57,037 bases of DNA from Candidatus Aminicenantes bacterium (GTDB taxonomy: Bacteria; Acidobacteriota; Aminicenantia; Aminicenantales; UBA4085). The translations under genes were made by a program, and so were the position numbers. Position 1 is the first letter of the stretch. Every line of letters starts with the position of its first letter. The notes under the pieces are model-generated. The model ran no database searches. It had not been told where the DNA came from and saw nothing but the letters and a program-made list of their open reading frames with translations. This document shows positions 52,378-57,037 of the stretch, in pieces. The DNA lies in assembly GCA_016931595.1 (NCBI GenBank), contig JAFGEN010000159.1:1-57037 (forward strand), in the 5' to 3' direction.

Positions 52378-53901
52378 TTATTTCGTCACCCGAACCAGGA
52401 TGACGCCTCGGGGATTGACCCTGGCGGCGTATGTATCCCTGAAATTCCCCAGATTTTTCTGCCGCCACAGGTCGCGGACTCCGGCCTTCCCGGAAAATCC
52501 CAGGTCCCGGAAGGAAATGGAAACGTCCTTGGGAGTGACGCCGAGATTGAACAGGCCGACCGCCCTCGAACCGTCTTCCAGCTCCTTGACCATGACCATC
52601 TCGTCGGGGGTCTTGCGAATGATCCGGCCCTGTTTTCCCAGCGCGTCCTGGTCGATCTCGATCACCTCGTTGTTGCACAGGATGTTCAACGTGAAGTCGT
52701 CGAGCTTGCTCATGTCTCCGGAGAAGATCAAGGGGGCGGCCATCAGGCACCACATCGACATGTAGGTGTACTGCTCGTCCCCGGTCAGGGGAGTCGGACG
52801 CTGTTCGCCGGTGTTGCCGACCCAGCCGATCAGGATGTAGTCCGGGTCGTTCCATTGCCCGGGTTTGGCCTGGGCGAAGTGTCCGGCATTCGACAAACCG
52901 ATTTTCAGGAATCCGGGCAGGGTATCCGAGGCCTCGTTTCCGAGGTCGCCCGTCGTCCGCCAGCAGTTGCCGCCCACGCTCCCGCCCCACTCCCAGACGT
53001 TGCTCATCCCGTACTGGCAAAGGTTGTAGACGATGTCGCGGCTCTGTTTTTTCAGGATGTCGCCCATCAGCTTGTACGGCTTCATGGCTTTTTCCCGGTC
53101 CTCCCCGGCCGCCGTGTCGCCGTATGAACACCAGTCGTACTTGAGGAAGTCGAAGCCCCATGCGGCGAACGTCGACGCGTCGAGCTCCTCGTAACCCTGG
53201 GATCCGACATAGCCGGCGCAGGTCCAAGGGCCGGGGGACGTGTACAGCCCTGCCCGGAGTCCCTTGCCGTGGATGAAATCGACCATGCCCTTGATGTCGG
53301 GAAACTTGGCGTTCGGGAGAATCACGCCTTTCCCGTCACGGTAAGGCGTTTCACCCTTTTTTTTCATCCAGCAGTCGTCGATGTTCACGTACATGTAGCC
53401 GTAATCGGCCATGCCGGAGGCGATCATCGTCTCGGCCGCCTCGCGCATATGCTTCTCGGTGATCCCTTCGTAATGGATGTACCAGTCGTTCCAACCCATC
53501 GGCGGAGTCAGGGCCAGGGTGTCGCCGACGACCAGAACAAATTCCCTCTCGGCCGAGCCCTTGTCGTTTCGGGCGGCAAAGGTCATCGGGTACCGGCCGG
53601 CCGCCGCCGGGGCGGTCCCGGTGATGATCCCGGACGCCGCATCGACGGCCAAGCCGCCGGGCAGGCCCTTCACGGCGAACGAAATCGGCCGTTCGCCGGT
53701 GCAGGGAATCCGGTAGAGAAACGGCCGGCCGGGCCGGACGCCGAACACCTTCGGGCCGTTGATGTTCGGCTCCGGGCCGGGCTTCGGCGTCAGGATGACC
53801 TTCGACCGGTCGGCGGCCTGGGGAGCCGCGGCCGGGGAGGCAACCGAAAGGACCGAAAAGGCGCCCATGAGAGCCGCCGTCAGAATCCATCGTTTGTTCA
53901 T
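52378..53901 (-). CDS. Glycoside hydrolase family 27 alpha-galactosidase-like enzyme with N-terminal Ig-like domain
   Basis: AAGGAGA RBS. Signal peptide. PPMGWNDWY, YVNIDDCW and FLKYDWC motifs. Confidence 0.85.
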   Translation of the reverse strand: MNKRWILTAALMGAFSVLSVASPAAAPQAADRSKVILTPKPGPEPNINGPKVFGVRPGRPFLYRIPCTGERPISFAVKGLPGGLAVDAASGIITGTAPAAAGRYPMTFAARNDKGSAEREFVLVVGDTLALTPPMGWNDWYIHYEGITEKHMREAAETMIASGMADYGYMYVNIDDCWMKKKGETPYRDGKGVILPNAKFPDIKGMVDFIHGKGLRAGLYTSPGPWTCAGYVGSQGYEELDASTFAAWGFDFLKYDWCSYGDTAAGEDREKAMKPYKLMGDILKKQSRDIVYNLCQYGMSNVWEWGGSVGGNCWRTTGDLGNEASDTLPGFLKIGLSNAGHFAQAKPGQWNDPDYILIGWVGNTGEQRPTPLTGDEQYTYMSMWCLMAAPLIFSGDMSKLDDFTLNILCNNEVIEIDQDALGKQGRIIRKTPDEMVMVKELEDGSRAVGLFNLGVTPKDVSISFRDLGFSGKAGVRDLWRQKNLGNFRDTYAARVNPRGVILVRVTK

Positions 53902-53914
53902 CGTTTCTCCTTCA

Positions 53915-55408
53915 TCAAGCGGTCCGCTCCCGCTCGATCTGTTCCAGCGTTTTTCCCTTTGTTTCCCGAAGAAAGGCGGCCATCATGACCAGGCCGAAGG
54001 CGCAAATGCCGGCATAGATCCAGAAGGTCGAGGACGTTCCCACAATCGTTTTTAAAATCGGAAAGGTGTAGGTCAGGATGAAACAGGCCAGCCACAGGGA
54101 CCCGACCGCGACCGACATGGCCGCTCCGCGGATGCGGTTGGGGAAAATTTCGGAGATGAGAACCCAGGTGACCGGGGCCAAGGACATGGCATACGTCGCG
54201 ATCGCCGCCAGGACCAGGGCCAGGAAAAGATATGGAGAGAGGGCCGAACCGGCCTCCTTGAGGCGGTAGGCCCAGCCGATCGCCAGATAGATCGCGGCCA
54301 GGCCTCCGAAGCCGAAGATCATCAGCGGCTTCCGGCCGAGCCGGTCGACCAGGAAGAGGGCCACGAAGGTGAAAAGGAAGTTGACTGAACCGGTGGCGAC
54401 GATGCTCGTCAGCGTGTCGTTCATGTCGAAGCCGGCCCGGGTGAAGATCTCGCCGGCATAGTTGAAGATCACATTGATCCCGGAAAACTGCTGAAGCACG
54501 GCCAGCAGGCAGCCGAACAGGAGAATCGGGGTCATCCGCCGGGAGAACAGCTCGCGGAACCGGGCTTTTTCGGCATCGCCGCCCAGGGTGGCCTTGATCT
54601 CCCCCGCCGCCCGAAGGGCATAGCCCTCACCGCCCATCCGGCTCAAGACCTCGAGGGCGCGCGCCTCCCGGCCCGCCTTCGACAGCCAGCGCGGGCTTTC
54701 CGGGACAAAAAAAGAGCCGGCCAGGAAGACCGCGGCCGGGACGGCGCAGGCGGCGAACATCCAGCGCCATCCCGTCGTCGCGTTCCAGGACAGGGCGAAC
54801 TGCTCGGGAGACAGGCCGGCCGGAACCGGCCGGGCGATGAGCCAGTTTGCGAACTGGGCGGCCAGGATCCCGATCACGATCGTCAGCTGGTTCACGGCCA
54901 CCAACAGTCCCCTTTTTTCCGCCGGGGCCACCTCGGAGATGTACATCGGAGAAACCGCCGAAGCAAGGCCGATGCTGAGTCCGCCGAGAATCCGCCAGGC
55001 GATGAAGCCGCCGAAGGTCCCGACGAAGGCAATGCCGAGCGAGGAGACGACAAAATTGGCCGCCGCGGCGATCAGGACCGGCTTGCGGCCGAACCGGTCG
55101 CTGAGCGTTCCGGCCAGCAACGCTCCGGCCAGGCAGCCGAGCAGGGCGCAGCTCTGGGCCCACCCCACCGGGGAAAGGGCGTTGGCCCAGATTCGCTGCC
55201 CGACCGTCGCGTCCGCGGCGACGATCGCGGCCGTATCCGTCAGCCGAAAAAACGCCTCGTAGAATTTCGCCGCCCCGCCGATCACGACCCAGTCGTAGCC
55301 GAAGAGGAGACCTCCCAGCGCGGCCACGGCCGAAATCGTCCAGACATATTTCATATTCAGGCCGGTCGGGGCCTTGTTCCCGTCCGATTGGGGAGCCTCC
55401 GCGATCAT
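53915..55408 (-). CDS. Sugar-porter-family MFS transporter
   Basis: ATG 55408 (1-nt TGATG overlap with the upstream stop). Motifs LSDRFGRKPVLI, PESPRWL and LRETKGKTLEQIE. Confidence 0.9.
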   Translation of the reverse strand: MIAEAPQSDGNKAPTGLNMKYVWTISAVAALGGLLFGYDWVVIGGAAKFYEAFFRLTDTAAIVAADATVGQRIWANALSPVGWAQSCALLGCLAGALLAGTLSDRFGRKPVLIAAAANFVVSSLGIAFVGTFGGFIAWRILGGLSIGLASAVSPMYISEVAPAEKRGLLVAVNQLTIVIGILAAQFANWLIARPVPAGLSPEQFALSWNATTGWRWMFAACAVPAAVFLAGSFFVPESPRWLSKAGREARALEVLSRMGGEGYALRAAGEIKATLGGDAEKARFRELFSRRMTPILLFGCLLAVLQQFSGINVIFNYAGEIFTRAGFDMNDTLTSIVATGSVNFLFTFVALFLVDRLGRKPLMIFGFGGLAAIYLAIGWAYRLKEAGSALSPYLFLALVLAAIATYAMSLAPVTWVLISEIFPNRIRGAAMSVAVGSLWLACFILTYTFPILKTIVGTSSTFWIYAGICAFGLVMMAAFLRETKGKTLEQIERERTA

Positions 55409-56679
55409 CAAGCGGACCCTGACCGGAATTTCCGGACTGTTTCGAACAGGGCCATCAGGTTGTCCAACGGCGTGCCGGCGACAACATTATGGATCGCGTT
55501 GAAGACATACCCGCCTCCCTCGCCGAAGATCCGAACCCGCTCTTCGACTTCGGCCCGGACCTGGTCCGGTGTGCCGAAGGGAAGGGTTTTCTGTGTGTCC
55601 ACGCCCCCGCCCCAGAACACGATTCGGCTTCCATACTTTTTCTTGAGCTCGGCCGGGTCCATGCCGGCGGCCGAACACTGGACGGGATTGAGAATGTCGA
55701 AACCGGCTTCGATGACCGCCGGCAGGAGCGGCTCGATTCCGCCGCAGCAGTGCATGAACGTCTTCCAGCCGGTGTTCTCGTGAATCCAGCCGTTGACCTT
55801 TTGCTGATAAGGCAGAAAAAGGTCCCGGTACTGCCGGACCGAGCAGAACGGCCCGTTCTGCGCGCCGAAATCCGTCCCGTTGGTCTGGATGATGGAAATC
55901 CGTTCGCCGACGGCCCGGTGGAGCTTCTTGAGGTTCTCCACCGCGATCTCGGCCTGGCGGGCGAACACGCTCTTGATGTACTCCGGCCGAAGGACCAGGC
56001 TGACGTACCATTCCTCGATGTCCCGAATGCCCCGGGGGTTTTTGAGCGAGACGCCCGGGACAAGGGCGATGTCGCCGAACGTCAGGCCGCCGAAGGTGCA
56101 AAAGAGAGCCTTGTCTGTTCCGGCATGAAGCCGGCCGGCTTCATGCCGAAGGTGCTCGATCTCCGCATCGGAAACCGGACCGAATTCCTCCAGGTTGTCC
56201 CTGAAGTCCAGGCGCGCTTCGTCCAGGGGCTCCTGGCGGATGACCGCGTCGAAAAAATGGCCGCCGGCCGGCATCCGGCCGCTGGGCGGAATGGTCCTGT
56301 CGCCGCCGGGATACTGGAAGAGATCGCCGTTGTCAGCATAAGCCGTGTTGAAGTCGATCGGGACGAGAACCGGAGTGCCGTCGGCCAGCCGCCACTCCTT
56401 GAAGTCGACGGACGGGTAACCGAACATCGTCCCTGTCCCGGCCAGGGAGACGGTGTCCGAGCCGATCCACTCGCAAAGGTCGGGCTCGATTTCACCGAGC
56501 ATCTGGTAGACTTCAACGACTTTCACCGGCGTCCCCGGCGGATCCAGGCCGAGCCGCTGCCGGAGCTTGTAGACCAGGCTTACGGCGATGCCCGTCTGGA
56601 ATCCGCCGCCGAAATCGCAGGGAAGGATGTCGGGCGGACGGTGAGAGAGGGCGGCCGAGATCCGCTCCCGGGAATTCAT
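55408..56679 (-). CDS. Uroporphyrinogen-decarboxylase (URO-D)-family protein
   Basis: N-terminus MNSRERISAALSHRPPDILPCDFGG and overall length resemble URO-D/MtaA-like TIM-barrel proteins. Call is from resemblance only. Confidence 0.55.
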   Translation of the reverse strand: MNSRERISAALSHRPPDILPCDFGGGFQTGIAVSLVYKLRQRLGLDPPGTPVKVVEVYQMLGEIEPDLCEWIGSDTVSLAGTGTMFGYPSVDFKEWRLADGTPVLVPIDFNTAYADNGDLFQYPGGDRTIPPSGRMPAGGHFFDAVIRQEPLDEARLDFRDNLEEFGPVSDAEIEHLRHEAGRLHAGTDKALFCTFGGLTFGDIALVPGVSLKNPRGIRDIEEWYVSLVLRPEYIKSVFARQAEIAVENLKKLHRAVGERISIIQTNGTDFGAQNGPFCSVRQYRDLFLPYQQKVNGWIHENTGWKTFMHCCGGIEPLLPAVIEAGFDILNPVQCSAAGMDPAELKKKYGSRIVFWGGGVDTQKTLPFGTPDQVRAEVEERVRIFGEGGGYVFNAIHNVVAGTPLDNLMALFETVRKFRSGSA

Positions 56680-56786
56680 AGCCGCAGTTTATTCTTGCTC
56701 CGCCGGCCTGTCAATTTTCCGGGGATTCTGTTTCATCTCTTCCGGCCGGGGAGAGAACCCGCGGGAATCATCCTGGAAATCATCCG

Positions 56787-57037
56787 TCAACCCCGATTCG
56801 GAATGCGTTTCTTGAGACGGAGAATGCGCCCATACGAACGCTCGATCCGGGCGATGGAAATCGTTCCATCCGTCGCGGCTTCTTTCAGGATTCCGGCGGC
56901 GGTCCGGGCGATCTCGGGGTCGAAGACGGAATTGTTGGCGAACGTCAGGATATCCACGCCGGCGTTCACCGCCCGGAGGATCGCCTCCTTCAGGCCGAAG
57001 TTGGCCGAGACGGCTTTCATCTGCATATCGTCGGAGA
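56787..57037 (-). CDS. Glycoside hydrolase family 3 (NagZ-like), C-terminal part; 5' end lies beyond the window
   Basis: Frame open to the window edge, reading ...SDDMQMKAVSANFGLKEAILRAVNAGVDILTFANN (GH3 SDDLxMKA-type segment). TGA at 56787-56789. Confidence 0.65.
   Translation of the reverse strand, partial: SDDMQMKAVSANFGLKEAILRAVNAGVDILTFANNSVFDPEIARTAAGILKEAATDGTISIARIERSYGRILRLKKRIPNRG

Noticed and set aside
1-57037. Search for mobile elements, prophage or defence genes, CRISPR arrays, rRNA/tRNA genes
   Set aside because: No transposase, integrase, Cas, restriction-modification, toxin-antitoxin or phage-structural motifs were recognised in any frame. No regularly spaced direct repeats were seen. 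Intergenic regions are too short or lack the conserved RNA motifs. This was a by-eye search, so absence is not proven.

Overview
This is a GC-rich, densely coding bacterial chromosomal window with about 45 protein-coding genes on both strands. I saw no rRNA, tRNA, CRISPR array, transposase or integrase. All domain calls come from reading motifs in the supplied translations and the DNA by eye; no searches were run.

Content, left to right:
(i) A c-di-GMP signalling pair: a 1182-aa receiver-like/PilZ/PilZ/alpha-beta-hydrolase/SAM-methyltransferase fusion, translationally coupled to a hybrid histidine kinase-receiver-HD-GYP protein.
(ii) DsbD, an AraC/GyrI-like regulator, a ~200-bp nested inverted-repeat element, a CPBP protease plus MenA-like prenyltransferase pair, a Tat-signal aldo/keto reductase with an Fe-S tail, and a secreted unknown protein coupled to an APC permease.
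(iii) The most unusual locus (16.3-26.6 kb). A dispersed partner-switching set (STAS antagonist, FHA-GAF-PP2C phosphatase, RsbW-like kinase, no sigma factor) is interleaved with two TLC/NTT-like nucleotide-transporter paralogues (one fused to HEAT-like repeats), a signal-peptide PPP metallophosphatase and two signal-anchored PI3/4-kinase-fold proteins. I propose it as a candidate extracytoplasmic ATP-supply and phosphorylation system.
(iv) phoU and pstSCA with two tandem pstB genes whose ATPase motifs are degenerate in a complementary way.
(v) An unrecognised enzyme-cupin-aminotransferase operon behind a structured leader.
(vi) A NarI-like/HdrD-like (DsrMK-type) pair, a secreted thioredoxin-like CPPC protein and a kinase-like polytopic membrane protein.
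(vii) A block of hydrolases (two beta-lactamase-fold proteins, a DmpA-type peptidase, a PHP hydrolase, a Zn-metalloprotease) and a GH27/sugar-porter/URO-D-like/GH3 cluster.

Many long antisense or out-of-frame ORFs in the track are GC-driven artefacts. Several track starts were trimmed to downstream ATG/GTG/TTG codons supported by an RBS, a signal peptide or ATGA-type overlaps.
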